Part shown: in pieces, positions 1-10,340 of the stretch
Layout: each line of letters starts with the position of its first letter
How positions within the stretch are numbered: the first letter of the stretch is position 1
Origin: Candidatus Altimarinota bacterium
GTDB lineage: Bacteria > Patescibacteriota > Gracilibacteria > CAIRYL01 > GCA-016699755
Length of the DNA stretch: 64,000 nt
Reading direction: 5' to 3'
Assembly: GCA_963664295.1 (NCBI GenBank)
Contig: OY760935.1
Coordinates: forward strand, 64,001 to 128,000
Translations under genes and position numbers: made by a program
The notes under the pieces: model-generated
Told to the model about the DNA's origin: nothing
The model's database searches: none
The model's input: the letters and a program-made list of their open reading frames with translations, nothing else

Positions 1-2561
1 GTGATATTTGCTAGTGAGGCAAAAAATGCATAGGAATTTTTTATTGGTAAAAATACTTTACGCAAAACTTCTTCCACGCCTTTTTCGGAAAACCTAAGGT
101 CATCTGCTTTCATTAAAGTTGAGCTCATAAGATAAAATCTCATAGCATCAGCTCCGTATTTATTAAAAATAAGCTCTGGTTCTGGGTAATTTTTCTTTGA
201 TTTACTCATTTTGTGTCCATCTTCTGCCAGCACAATTCCGCTAACTACACAGTTTTTGAAAGATTCTGTGCCAAAAAGACCATTAGCAAGAATGTGGAGC
301 GTGTAAAACCAGCCACGTGTTTGGTCTAAGCTTTCGGAAATAAAGTCTGCTGGAAATTCATGTTCAAATTTTTCTTTATTTTCGAATGGATAATGTCTTT
401 CTGCGTATGGCATTGAACCAGACTCAAACCAGCAATCCAAAACATCAGGCACACGACGCATAACACCGCCACATTTACATTGAATTTCAACTTCATCTAT
501 ATATGGTCTGTGTAGATCAATTTCACCATTGTCATTTGTTGGAACAGAGTCAAAAGAAAACGTATTTATTACTCCTGTTTCTGTTGGTAAGTCAAATATT
601 TCTTCAGGTCCAAGATTAAGAAAATATTTATTAACCATTCTTACTGTCACACCATGTCCAATAATAAGAATATTTTTATTTCTATACTTTTGGTATAGCT
701 CTTTTATTAAGTCTTTTACTCTTTTTTCTACGTCTTGTTTACTTTCTCCGTTGTGCGGGTTTGTGTAAAATCTTTCATGATTATTTTTAAATTGACCTAG
801 CCAATCATCAATTGATTTATTTTCCATATCGCCTGCATCTATTTCACGCACACGATCATCGAAAACAACTTTTACATCTTTGCTAAATCCTTTTAAAAAT
901 TCTTCGGTTGTTTCACGAGTTCTTTGGAGAGGAGAAGCAATAATTAAGTCTATTTCAGTGTTTTTTATTGATTCACCTGCTTGACGAGCTTGCTCTTTCC
1001 CTTTTTCTGTTAAGCCAACATTAGAGTCAATTGCAGAAGAAACAATATTTTTTATATTATGTTCACCTTCGCCATGACGCATAACCATAATTTTGTTTTT
1101 TTTGACGCCTCTGTCGGAAAGTTCACGCACTGAGCCAATTACTTCTTTTTCTTCACAGGCATCACATTTCCAAACAGGTATTGGTGCGCCCCAGAACCTA
1201 TTGCGAGAGATTGACCAATCTTTTGCATTTTCTAGCCATTTTCCAAAGCGACCGTCTTTGATATGTTCTGGTACCCAGTGAATTTTTTGATTTGTTTTCA
1301 AAACATTGTTTTTGAACTCATTTACTGCAACAAAAAATGAAGAAGTTGAGTAATTAAGCAACTTACTATCACATCTCCAGCAGTGTGGATATGAGTGACG
1401 ATAGCTTTGAGCTTCAAAAACAAGCCCTTTTTCTTTTAAATGGTTTATTACATCTTTGTTTGAATTACTTGCCTCTTTTCCTTGTAAAAATTCTGGTGCT
1501 TCGTTTGTGAATATGCCGTCAATTCCTAATGGCTGAAAGAAAGGAGCGCCTTCTTTTTGACCTAATTGAAGATCATCATCACCAAAAGCAGGAGCAATAT
1601 GCACAACGCCAGTTCCATCTTCTGTGGAAACAAAGTCAGCGCTCACTACCTCATATTTTTTACCTTCTTTGTCTTTTGCGCACTCAAAAAGCGGAATATA
1701 TTTTTTACCAACCAGATCAGAGCCTTTTATTTTTTCAATAATTTCTGGCTCTTCCCCGAGTATTTTTTCAAATTTATTTATTAAATCTTTTGCAAGTATC
1801 ACATTGCCTTTTGAAGTTTTAATTTTTACATAATCAATATCTGCACCAACAGCCAAGAGGATGTTAGAAGGAAGAGTCCAAGGAGTAGTAGTCCAAGCGA
1901 GTATATAATTTCCTGGTTCATCAGCAAGCTCAAACATAGATGTCACAGAAACATCGTCTATGTCTTTATAGCCAAGAGTGACTTCAAAATTGGATAAAGT
2001 AGTCGCGCAACGTGGGCAGATATGCATTGATTTATGTCCTTCATAAATTAAGTCTTTTTCCCAGAGCGTATTAAAAACCCACAAAATAGACTCCATATAA
2101 TTAGGATCCATTGTTTTGTAGTCGTTTTTAAAATCAACCCATCTTCCCATTCTTTCAACTGTTTTTTCCCATTCTTGGGTATAACGAAGAACAATGCCTC
2201 GACAACTTTCGCAAAAGTTTTTAACGCCATATTTTTCAATATCTTGCCTGCCAGATAAGTCTAATTCTTTCTCCATTTCGTATTCCACAGGCAGGCCATG
2301 GCAATCCCAACCAAACCTGCGAGATATATAGTGCCCTTTCATGGTTTGGTAACGAGGAATGACATCTTTTGTGGTACCAGCAAGAATATGCCCATAATGA
2401 GGCAAACCAGTTGCAAAAGGAGGTCCGTCATAAAAAGTAAAAGCAGGGGAATTTTCCCTTATTTCAAGAGATTTTTTAAACATCTCTGTTTTTCGCCAAT
2501 AAGCTAAAACTTCTTCTTCTAACTCAGAGAACGACTTTTTTAGTAGGTCGGTATTAAACAT
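1..2561 (-). CDS. ileS: Isoleucyl-tRNA synthetase, type 2, with inserted histidine-phosphatase domain; 3' end runs off the window
   Basis: Manual translation from ATG at 2561: MFNTDLLKKSF...FYDGPPFATGLPHYGH...GWDCHGLPVE...WTTTPWTLPSN...RFWGAPIP...DCWFESGSMP...DGHKMSKS. Absent from the ORF track because it is open at the window edge. Confidence 0.97.
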   Translation of the reverse strand, partial: MFNTDLLKKSFSELEEEVLAYWRKTEMFKKSLEIRENSPAFTFYDGPPFATGLPHYGHILAGTTKDVIPRYQTMKGHYISRRFGWDCHGLPVEYEMEKELDLSGRQDIEKYGVKNFCESCRGIVLRYTQEWEKTVERMGRWVDFKNDYKTMDPNYMESILWVFNTLWEKDLIYEGHKSMHICPRCATTLSNFEVTLGYKDIDDVSVTSMFELADEPGNYILAWTTTPWTLPSNILLAVGADIDYVKIKTSKGNVILAKDLINKFEKILGEEPEIIEKIKGSDLVGKKYIPLFECAKDKEGKKYEVVSADFVSTEDGTGVVHIAPAFGDDDLQLGQKEGAPFFQPLGIDGIFTNEAPEFLQGKEASNSNKDVINHLKEKGLVFEAQSYRHSYPHCWRCDSKLLNYSTSSFFVAVNEFKNNVLKTNQKIHWVPEHIKDGRFGKWLENAKDWSISRNRFWGAPIPVWKCDACEEKEVIGSVRELSDRGVKKNKIMVMRHGEGEHNIKNIVSSAIDSNVGLTEKGKEQARQAGESIKNTEIDLIIASPLQRTRETTEEFLKGFSKDVKVVFDDRVREIDAGDMENKSIDDWLGQFKNNHERFYTNPHNGESKQDVEKRVKDLIKELYQKYRNKNILIIGHGVTVRMVNKYFLNLGPEEIFDLPTETGVINTFSFDSVPTNDNGEIDLHRPYIDEVEIQCKCGGVMRRVPDVLDCWFESGSMPYAERHYPFENKEKFEHEFPADFISESLDQTRGWFYTLHILANGLFGTESFKNCVVSGIVLAEDGHKMSKSKKNYPEPELIFNKYGADAMRFYLMSSTLMKADDLRFSEKGVEEVLRKVFLPIKNSYAFFASLANI

Positions 2562-2601
2562 TTCAAAGCCTAAAAAACATCAGGAATATTATCACAATAA
2601 T

Positions 2602-2630
2602 TTGCAAAAACAAACTGCAAATGCTAGAAT
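2602..2630 (+). promoter_or_regulatory. Sigma70-type promoter for the 2655 gene and ddl
   Basis: TTGCAA-17 bp-TAGAAT with TG extended -10. Confidence 0.6.
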
Positions 2631-2654
2631 TTTTGCGATTTAATTGGCTTATAA

Positions 2655-4103
2655 ATGCAGTTTTCATATATCGCCTTAAGTCCAGAATATCAGCGACTAA
2701 CAGGTGTTATTACAGCGGAAAATGAAGAAGAAGCACGCAAAAAACTCCATGCAATGGGCTTAAGTGTTATTTCTATTAGTGAACATAAAGGAGATGAAGC
2801 GCCAAAAGAAACTGAAACAAAACAAAAAACACAAGTACCCACTCAAGTAGGAGTTAAGAATTTTTATTTCAAAGTTGTTAATTCCAAAGGACAAACAGTT
2901 GATGGAACAATAGAATCCACCGATCGAAAAACAGCTTATAAAAGACTAGTTGGAGAATATAATTTTAATGTTCTTGTCTTGTGTGATGCTTCTTTGCCTA
3001 TTGAAGAAAGAGAAGAAAAAGGCAAGGAAGGACTAGAGGAGTTAGCAAAAGAAGTCAATAAAGAACTAGGCATAACAACAGAATCGAAAAAAACAAAAAA
3101 ACAACAAGAAAATGAGCAATTAGGTGAAAATAATGATAACACAAGACAAAGAGAAGAATTGATGCAAGAGGTCGATGAAGTCGCTAAGCTTGCCGATGAT
3201 ATTTTAGAAAAATATGAAAATCAGCTTGCTGGTGATGAAATAAAAGAAATAAAAGACAAAAAAGACGCTTTAATGCGCATGAGATTAAGCAATAACCTGC
3301 CTTATATTCGAAATCTTACAGAGGAACTTTTCTTAGCAGTAGAAGAAATTCTTAGTAAATATGCTCAGGCCGAAGATGCACAAGAGCAAATTGTTGATCT
3401 TCAGGAGGATTTATTAAAAAAATCAGAAAAATTAACCGAAGAACAACAAGGTGAGGAAAAATATAAGTCAGCAATAGCATTCAAAGGCACATTAGATAGC
3501 ATTAGGAGAATAGCTGATCGCATGGTGGATATCATCAAAAGCGATGAAGTAAAAAAAGATGAAATGGAAGTTGTGCTTGGAGGAAAGCCAAAAAGAATAT
3601 TGATTATTCAGTTTCTTAAAAAGTTCTTCTTTCATTTAAAAGGCTATATAACATCAAAAAGCCTTATTCGTAAAAAAGTACATAAACAAAAAATTATTGA
3701 TATCTGGGAAGAATTAAAAGTTGACTGGAAAGAAAGAGAAGCACAAAAAGAATTGGCTGAAATAGAAAAAAAAGACAAAGAATTACTCAAAAGAGCAGAA
3801 GGAAAGTCATTATCTTTTTGCGACGAAGCCAAGCTTTTTGTTGGTTGGCTACTTTCTTTTTATATTATTTATTTTTTTATAGCTTATTATATCACTTTGA
3901 AGTGGGGACCTTCTTCGCCACTTTTTGATTTTGTTAGCAAAAGCATGGAAACAAGCTTTTTACCAATTATTATTGGGGTTTTATTTATTGTCTTTTTTGG
4001 TTTATCCATAAAAACCAATTTTGCCAGATATAGTTTTTTAAAATCATTGTTGATATTTATTTCAACAATTTTCGTTTTAGTTCTCTTTTTGTTTAATTTT
4101 TAA
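2655..4103 (+). CDS. Membrane protein with two PilC/GspF-like N-terminal motifs, a coiled-coil middle and C-terminal TM helices
   Basis: FSYIAL...TGVITAENEEEARKKLHAMGLSVISI and FYFKVVNSKGQTVDGTIESTDRKTAYKRL resemble the PilC N-terminus; about 3 hydrophobic segments at the C-terminus. Confidence 0.6.
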   Translation: MQFSYIALSPEYQRLTGVITAENEEEARKKLHAMGLSVISISEHKGDEAPKETETKQKTQVPTQVGVKNFYFKVVNSKGQTVDGTIESTDRKTAYKRLVGEYNFNVLVLCDASLPIEEREEKGKEGLEELAKEVNKELGITTESKKTKKQQENEQLGENNDNTRQREELMQEVDEVAKLADDILEKYENQLAGDEIKEIKDKKDALMRMRLSNNLPYIRNLTEELFLAVEEILSKYAQAEDAQEQIVDLQEDLLKKSEKLTEEQQGEEKYKSAIAFKGTLDSIRRIADRMVDIIKSDEVKKDEMEVVLGGKPKRILIIQFLKKFFFHLKGYITSKSLIRKKVHKQKIIDIWEELKVDWKEREAQKELAEIEKKDKELLKRAEGKSLSFCDEAKLFVGWLLSFYIIYFFIAYYITLKWGPSSPLFDFVSKSMETSFLPIIIGVLFIVFFGLSIKTNFARYSFLKSLLIFISTIFVLVLFLFNF

Positions 4104-4110
4104 AATTAGT

Positions 4111-5181
4111 ATGAGTGAAAAAATTCGTGTTGCTCTTTTAAAAGGAGGTAAATCAAGAGAAAGAGATGTGTCTTTGGTTAGTGGCCAAGGAGTTCTTGAT
4201 GCGCTCAATAAAAATGGCAAGTTTGAAGTTTTTGTATATGATCCAAAAACAGATTTACAAAATTTTGTACGCGATGCAGAATCTAAAAAATTTGAAGTTG
4301 TTTTTCCAATGTTGCACGGAAAATATGGAGAAGATGGCTCTATACAAGGTCTTTGCGAGCTTGTGGATATGCCTTATGTAGGTAGCGGAATTCGTGCAAG
4401 TGCTAATGGAATGGACAAAATAACCACTAAAGATATTTTTAGATCGGTGGGCATTCCTGTTGCTGATGATATTTATATTGTCCGTCGCTATGAAGGACAC
4501 TATTTTGTAAAGAAAAATATTACAAGTTCACCACAAGATCTAGAACATAGACACATGGCACGTAAAGCAGAAAAAGGTATTTTTTGGCAAGACTTAGAAG
4601 AATCAGAAGACCAGCTTTTTGAAGAAGTTTTAGAAACAATAAATTCATCTAGTTTAAATTTTCCAGTTGTAATAAAACCCGCATCAGAAGGTTCTAGTTT
4701 TGGTGTTTCTTTAGCAAAAAATGAAGAAGAGTTAAAAAAAGGCATAAAAAAAGCCCTGGATATAGACTACAAAATAATTGTGGAAAAATTTTTAAAAGGA
4801 AAAGAAGTGACAGTAGGTGTTATTGGAACAGATAAATTACAAGTTTTTGAGCCAACAGAAATTATTGCAGAAAAAGGGGAGTTTTATGATTATGAATCTA
4901 AATATAGCGAAGGTGGAAGCACACACATAATTCCAGCAAGAATTTCCGAAGCACAAACAACAATGGCGAAAAAATATGGTATTGATGCGCACAAAGCAGT
5001 TGGCTGTAAACACTTAAGTAGAACAGATATGTTTATAACCGATCAAGGCATTTTTGTCACAGAAATCAACACAATACCAGGATTTACACCAACATCATTA
5101 CTACCAGAAGCAGCTCAACATGCAGGCATAAGTTATGAAAAACTTTGTGAGCAATTAGTTATGTGGGCATTAGAGGAATAA
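4111..5181 (+). CDS. ddl: D-alanine--D-alanine ligase
   Basis: GGKSRERDVSLVSG, LHGKYGEDGSIQG, KPASEGSSFGV, FYDYESKY, EINTIPGFTPTSLLP motifs. Confidence 0.97.
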   Translation: MSEKIRVALLKGGKSRERDVSLVSGQGVLDALNKNGKFEVFVYDPKTDLQNFVRDAESKKFEVVFPMLHGKYGEDGSIQGLCELVDMPYVGSGIRASANGMDKITTKDIFRSVGIPVADDIYIVRRYEGHYFVKKNITSSPQDLEHRHMARKAEKGIFWQDLEESEDQLFEEVLETINSSSLNFPVVIKPASEGSSFGVSLAKNEEELKKGIKKALDIDYKIIVEKFLKGKEVTVGVIGTDKLQVFEPTEIIAEKGEFYDYESKYSEGGSTHIIPARISEAQTTMAKKYGIDAHKAVGCKHLSRTDMFITDQGIFVTEINTIPGFTPTSLLPEAAQHAGISYEKLCEQLVMWALEE

Positions 5182-6046
5182 TTTCACCAAATTCGTTAAT
5201 AATTTGCACCTCAGGCTTAAGAATAATGTTGAATTTTTTATAAACTCGGTTAATCACCTCTTGTGCAAGCTCAATTACATCTTTTTGAGTTGCTTTGCCA
5301 TTATTAATAATAAAATTAGCGTGTTTTTTGCTCACTTCAGCATCACCAACAGAAAGACCTTTGCATCCAGCCTCTTCAATTAATTGGCCAGCAGATTGAT
5401 TTGTAGGATTTTTGAAAAAACTACCCGCAGAAAAACCTTTTGGTTGTTTTTCATGTCTTTTTTTTAAGTTTGCAATGATTTTTTCTTGAATTTTTTGAGG
5501 ATTATTTTTGATAGAAACTTTAAAAACAGCAGAAATAATAATTAAATTCTTATTTTGTTTTAACTTAGAAGAACGATAATCAAATTCAAGCCACTCATTG
5601 GAGCATTCGTTAATTTCACCAGTTTTTAAGTCACAAACTTTTGCACTTATTAAATGGTCAGAAATAGAAGTTTTTGTGCCAGCATTGCCATAAATAGCAC
5701 CACCAATAGTGCCCGGCCAAGTAAAATCCGAGAAATTATAACCATGTTTGGCGCAATCAGAAATAAAATTATTCATTAAGACTCCGGAGTCAGTCTTAAT
5801 CAAGCCGTTTTCAAAGTTAATTTTATTGTTTTTTATTTTAATTATAGTACCTTGAAAGCCTTTATTAGAAAAAAGTATATTTGTTCCACCACCAAGAATG
5901 AAAAAAGGTTTTTTATTAATTTTTAGGAATTCATTAATATTATCAGAGGAATTAAAGGTGACAATTTTATTAGCATTACCTCCAATGCGAAAGCTTGTTA
6001 AATCAGCCAAAGATACATTTTTTTTAATTTGCACAACAAAAATCAT
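5159..6046 (-). CDS. murB: UDP-N-acetylenolpyruvoylglucosamine reductase
   Basis: TSFRIGG, GGGTNIL, PGTIGGAIYGNAG, FDYRSS, SAGSFFKNP, KHANFIIN, LKPEV; exact start uncertain. Confidence 0.96.
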   Translation of the reverse strand: MIFVVQIKKNVSLADLTSFRIGGNANKIVTFNSSDNINEFLKINKKPFFILGGGTNILFSNKGFQGTIIKIKNNKINFENGLIKTDSGVLMNNFISDCAKHGYNFSDFTWPGTIGGAIYGNAGTKTSISDHLISAKVCDLKTGEINECSNEWLEFDYRSSKLKQNKNLIIISAVFKVSIKNNPQKIQEKIIANLKKRHEKQPKGFSAGSFFKNPTNQSAGQLIEEAGCKGLSVGDAEVSKKHANFIINNGKATQKDVIELAQEVINRVYKKFNIILKPEVQIINEFGEIIPLMPT

Positions 6047-6112
6047 GCCACGGCAAAAAAACTATTGCAATTTTTTATAATCTTTGGGAAAATCTTTTGG
6101 CAATTATATTGC

Positions 6113-6189
6113 GGAGCGGTAGTTCAGTTGGTTAGAACGCTGCCCTGTCACGGCAGAGGTCGCGGGTTCGAGTCCCGTCCGTTCCGCCA
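6113..6189 (+). tRNA. tRNA-Asp(GTC)
   Basis: Cloverleaf GGAGCGG...CCGTTCC-G-CCA, anticodon loop CT-GTC-AC, GGTTCGAGTCC T arm. Confidence 0.97.
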
Positions 6190-6199
6190 GAGATTGTTT

Positions 6200-6224
6200 A
6201 AATGGCTTTATAAAGCCATTTTTT
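6200..6224 (+). terminator. Intrinsic terminator after tRNA-Asp
   Basis: Palindrome AAATGGCTTTA-TAAAGCCATTT followed by T run. Confidence 0.65.
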
Positions 6225-6375
6225 GTATATTTATATTTTTTAAACGAAAATTATTGATTTTTATATATTATTTTACCTGTAAAAATTATACCAATTAATT
6301 ATTGACAAATAAGTGAATATAAGCTTATATTATAAACCTTATTTCGATTTTTGTTTTCTTTTAATAAACTTGCTT

Positions 6376-8481
6376 ATGTCAAAAGCTGAAGGATACGATT
6401 TCTTTTTTCGCAGACATCAGGCTACAGCTGGCACACAAGAAGGAAAACTTAATGAAATGGTTGGGGACATTGATAATAAAATGGGGGCTTTAGTTGAGGT
6501 ATCTACTAGAACATTAGAACAAAGGTCTGGCATGCAAACATTGTCTGTGCCACAAGATAGCTCTACTTTTGAAGCTATTGAGAGTTTAAGAGATGACTTC
6601 AGGGCTGTTGCTGTCAAAAATAGTCAAACAGGACAAATTACCAATGAGCATTTAAGTGGTATTAATGATGGAATTCAACAAACCGGATTAGCAATACAGA
6701 ATGGTTTTGAATCCATGGGAATTAAGCTAGATGGTTTATCAGGTGTTATTTCAGCGGAAAGTCAATCAACAAGGGATGCTATTGTTGATGTTTCTAGATT
6801 TACCACTGCTGCGATTGGCACAGGATTTATGCATATGGGCAACCAATTAGATCAATTAAGTGGCTCAATAGCAAATGAGGGTAAAATGAACCGTAAAACA
6901 CAAGTTGAATGCACAAAAGCAATTGGAAATGTTTTACACAGAGGCTTTAATGATATAGGGATGAATATCTCGAGGGTTGATACTAGGCTATCAAAAATGA
7001 CAACAGTTTTTGTTGAAGGATTGAAAGCAGTTGATGCTAGCACTAGAGAAGGCTTTATTAAAACTAATGAAAATTTACAGTTAATTGCAGAACAAATTGA
7101 TCAAATTTCTTTTGACGGTGAAGAGACAAGGGAGACTATTAGAAATGCTGCAGAATATACATCGGAAGTATTTTTAAGAGGATTATCTGTTGTAGGTGAA
7201 AAAATTGATTATGGTAATTATTTAGATGAATTAGCTTTACAAGAAGCAAAAAGAACAAATGCATTTTTAAGATTTATTGGCAACGAAGCTTTAGCAACCA
7301 ATGAAAACATTGCTAGGCAAATTATGAGCTCTAGTCTTCAGCATGCAGAACTTCTCGACGCCTTAGGGCTTTATGATAAAAAATCAGAACTAAGACATCA
7401 AGAATTAATTCAAGAGCTTATCAGGACGCAAAATGTGTTAGTAGGAATTAGTGATAGTGTGAGGTTTGAATTAAGGCAAAATCACCAATCTCTTCTTAAT
7501 GAACTTTCTACTAAAGAAAGATGGTATTTTAACAAATTTCAAGCTGCAGAAAGAGAGAGAAAAATTGGCAATCTTGATAGAGCTATTCAGATTTATGAGG
7601 CTATTGTTCAGCCAGAAGAATGTCCGCAACATTATTCTTCACTTATTGCTCTTGTAGAATGTTATTTACAAAAAGGTGACTATGAAAAAGCTCTTGTTTA
7701 TGCAAAAAGTGCACAAGCGCAATCACCAAATAATGATTTACGAGAATACGCAGAAATAGCTGAGGTAGGCATTATGTATCAAACCGCAGAAGATACAGAT
7801 GAGCAAGATAAATACAGAAAGATGTTAGATTATTTTCATAATACTGGTGATATAAAAAATTTTTCACAAATAAAAAAACTATATTATTTTGCTTGCTTGT
7901 ATAAATCCGGCAAGAAAGAAGAGGCCATAGAAGGTTTATCAGCATTAGTTCAATTAGAACGCGGAGCAGTTTTAGAAATGAGAAATATTTTATTATTTGA
8001 AGATTTTTTCCAGGGTGATCATTTAATTTTTTTACAGCAGAATATTTTAGAAAATGACACTTCTCTTCCTGGTAGTGTTTATTTTTATGTAATGAATGAA
8101 TTTATTGCCGTAGATGATATTAATAATGCTCGTTTGGCTCTTCAGAAAGGCATTAAATATCACCCTGCTGAATTTATGGAAAAAATCATTTTTAAGCACC
8201 CATTTGTTATAAAATATTTACTTCAAGATTTACACCGTTTTGTGAGTGAAAATCTTGAAAGTGATTATATGGCTTTTGATTTGGTAGCTTATTATTATTT
8301 GGTAAAAAAATTAGGTATTACCGCACCTGCTATGTTAAAAAACAGATTAGTTTTAAAATTAAAAAATTTAAGATTGCTCACAGAAGAGGAATTACTTAGT
8401 TTATCCTTTATTTTGAAAGAAGATTTTGAGGATTTTATTGAGTTGTATAAAAAAATTAAACCGATTTTTGGTAAATTATGA
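6376..8481 (+). CDS. Hypothetical protein with amphipathic helical-repeat N-half and TPR-like C-half
   Basis: Long ORF; ATG at 6376 preferred over GTG at 6313; TPR-like GNLDRAIQIYE...LVECYLQKGDYEKALVYAKSA; TTGACA..TATATT promoter at 6302-6331. Confidence 0.7.
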   Translation: MSKAEGYDFFFRRHQATAGTQEGKLNEMVGDIDNKMGALVEVSTRTLEQRSGMQTLSVPQDSSTFEAIESLRDDFRAVAVKNSQTGQITNEHLSGINDGIQQTGLAIQNGFESMGIKLDGLSGVISAESQSTRDAIVDVSRFTTAAIGTGFMHMGNQLDQLSGSIANEGKMNRKTQVECTKAIGNVLHRGFNDIGMNISRVDTRLSKMTTVFVEGLKAVDASTREGFIKTNENLQLIAEQIDQISFDGEETRETIRNAAEYTSEVFLRGLSVVGEKIDYGNYLDELALQEAKRTNAFLRFIGNEALATNENIARQIMSSSLQHAELLDALGLYDKKSELRHQELIQELIRTQNVLVGISDSVRFELRQNHQSLLNELSTKERWYFNKFQAAERERKIGNLDRAIQIYEAIVQPEECPQHYSSLIALVECYLQKGDYEKALVYAKSAQAQSPNNDLREYAEIAEVGIMYQTAEDTDEQDKYRKMLDYFHNTGDIKNFSQIKKLYYFACLYKSGKKEEAIEGLSALVQLERGAVLEMRNILLFEDFFQGDHLIFLQQNILENDTSLPGSVYFYVMNEFIAVDDINNARLALQKGIKYHPAEFMEKIIFKHPFVIKYLLQDLHRFVSENLESDYMAFDLVAYYYLVKKLGITAPAMLKNRLVLKLKNLRLLTEEELLSLSFILKEDFEDFIELYKKIKPIFGKL

Positions 8482-10277
8482 AAAATTTTGAAATTCAACA
8501 ATTTAACGCTGGCAAACTACCCGAAGACAAATTAGCATTGCGCTTCACGCTTACTGGTAAAGGAGATGATGGCAATAATTTTGATATGGTAGGCGTTGAA
8601 GGTAAATTGATAAAAAATGGCAACATATCACTGCCAGATACAACTTTTGCTTCTTCTTTTGTGGCAGGTGTGATGTCAGATAGTCTTATAGTCCCAGTTG
8701 ATTCCCTTGATCCATCATTGGAAATAGCTCTTGCTGTTGAGGGTGTTGCAGAAGAGATTAGGTTAAAAATTGGCGACTTAATAAATGAACATTTACCAGA
8801 AGAAAAAATTGATACTTCAGAACAAGAATTCAGCAAAATTAAATGTGTTAGTGATTTTATTACTGAAATTCGCAGACTAGAAAAAGGCATATTAGCCTTA
8901 AGGCAAGGTATTCAGTTAAAACAAAAAATTATGGATCTTGTTTTGTTGCTAGAGAGCTTACAAGAAAAGAAAAATCAAATAGATCAAATGCACAATACAA
9001 CAAAAGGGTATGATATTTTTGATCAATATGCATGTAAAATTGGACCAGATTTTACAGTAGAAATTGAAGGCTGTGAGACTCTCATAAGAGAAATAATTAG
9101 TAAATTTGATGCTGAATCATTAGATAAGTTAAAAACAGAATATGAAAGCAGGCAAAATGAGCTAAGAAACGCGGAAGCTCAAAAAGATGAATTAGTATCT
9201 TCAATTGCTATTTTGGCCGATAAGCTTAAAGAAGTAGGAGGGGAAAATATAGGCCTAGGTGAAAGGGCGGCAAACATGGAAAGACAATTGGCGCTTATAA
9301 ACTCTGAAAAGAGAACAGCATTAAATGGTAATGTTTTTTCTGAAGAAGATTATGTTGATTTTGAAAAAATAAAAATATTGACACCTGAAATTGCTAGAAA
9401 GTTATCAAATTGGAAAGGAGGAGCTCTTTTTCTTGATACTGTAGAAGATTTATCACCCGAAGCTGGAAGATATCTTTTTCAATTTCAAGGCGATATTTAT
9501 TTAAATGGATTAAGAAAAATTGTCCCAGAAGCTTTAGAATATTTTTATTTATTTTCTGGAAAATTATATCTCAATGGATTAGATGATCTTGATCCCAAAA
9601 GTGCATATTTTCTTTTTAATAATGAAAATTGTTATACAATAGAGCTAAATGAGATTGAGACACTATCACCTGAAACTGCTCATCAAATGAGTGCACACCA
9701 GCGATCTGTTAGTCTTTTAGGGTTAAAAAAAGTTGATAAAAATCTTGCTGCTCAATTTTGTTCTAAAGGAAGAAGTTTAAGCATTATTTTCAGTAAGGGG
9801 GTTAAAATTTTTGATGATGCATTTAAGTATCTTAAACAAGTGAAATACTACAAAATAGAAGAAGCTTTTTATGTGACCAGAAAAGCAAAAATAAGAAAAA
9901 TAGAAAGAGAAAAAGAGATGGAGAAAGAGAGAAAGAAAAAAATAGAGGAAGCAAGAGGAAGAGATAGAGAAAGAGCAAAAGAAAAAGCAAGAGAAAGAGA
10001 AAAAATAAGGACTGAAATGAGAGCGGAGATGGAAAAATACCCAGAACTTGAATCATGTTTTGAGAAAATTGATTACCGATGGTTATTTAATGAAAAAATA
10101 ATAAAAATTAAAATCTTCAAAAATAAAAAAATGATTTTGATAAATACTGTTAGTATAATTTTTTATTTTTGCGATGGAAAAAAAGAAATATTTAAGTGGA
10201 AAGGGATATCTTTTTCAGCCTTAAAGAAAGAATTAAATCATTTTACTTCTAAAGTCTTTAGAGGCCGACACAGCTAA
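8478..10277 (+). CDS. Hypothetical protein with coiled coil, LRR-like repeats and charged C-terminal helix
   Basis: ATGA overlap with the upstream gene; about 22-aa repeats of the form LxLxxLxxLxPExAxxL; E/K/R-rich stretch. Confidence 0.7.
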   Translation: MKNFEIQQFNAGKLPEDKLALRFTLTGKGDDGNNFDMVGVEGKLIKNGNISLPDTTFASSFVAGVMSDSLIVPVDSLDPSLEIALAVEGVAEEIRLKIGDLINEHLPEEKIDTSEQEFSKIKCVSDFITEIRRLEKGILALRQGIQLKQKIMDLVLLLESLQEKKNQIDQMHNTTKGYDIFDQYACKIGPDFTVEIEGCETLIREIISKFDAESLDKLKTEYESRQNELRNAEAQKDELVSSIAILADKLKEVGGENIGLGERAANMERQLALINSEKRTALNGNVFSEEDYVDFEKIKILTPEIARKLSNWKGGALFLDTVEDLSPEAGRYLFQFQGDIYLNGLRKIVPEALEYFYLFSGKLYLNGLDDLDPKSAYFLFNNENCYTIELNEIETLSPETAHQMSAHQRSVSLLGLKKVDKNLAAQFCSKGRSLSIIFSKGVKIFDDAFKYLKQVKYYKIEEAFYVTRKAKIRKIEREKEMEKERKKKIEEARGRDRERAKEKAREREKIRTEMRAEMEKYPELESCFEKIDYRWLFNEKIIKIKIFKNKKMILINTVSIIFYFCDGKKEIFKWKGISFSALKKELNHFTSKVFRGRHS

Positions 10278-10340
10278 GACACTCTCGAGAAAATAAAATT
10301 AAAGTTTTTCTACATAAAACCTCCGTATTAAATCTACTGT

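Noticed and set aside
529-2507. Short ORFs in the track over this interval
   Set aside because: Antisense or off-frame shadows of ileS.
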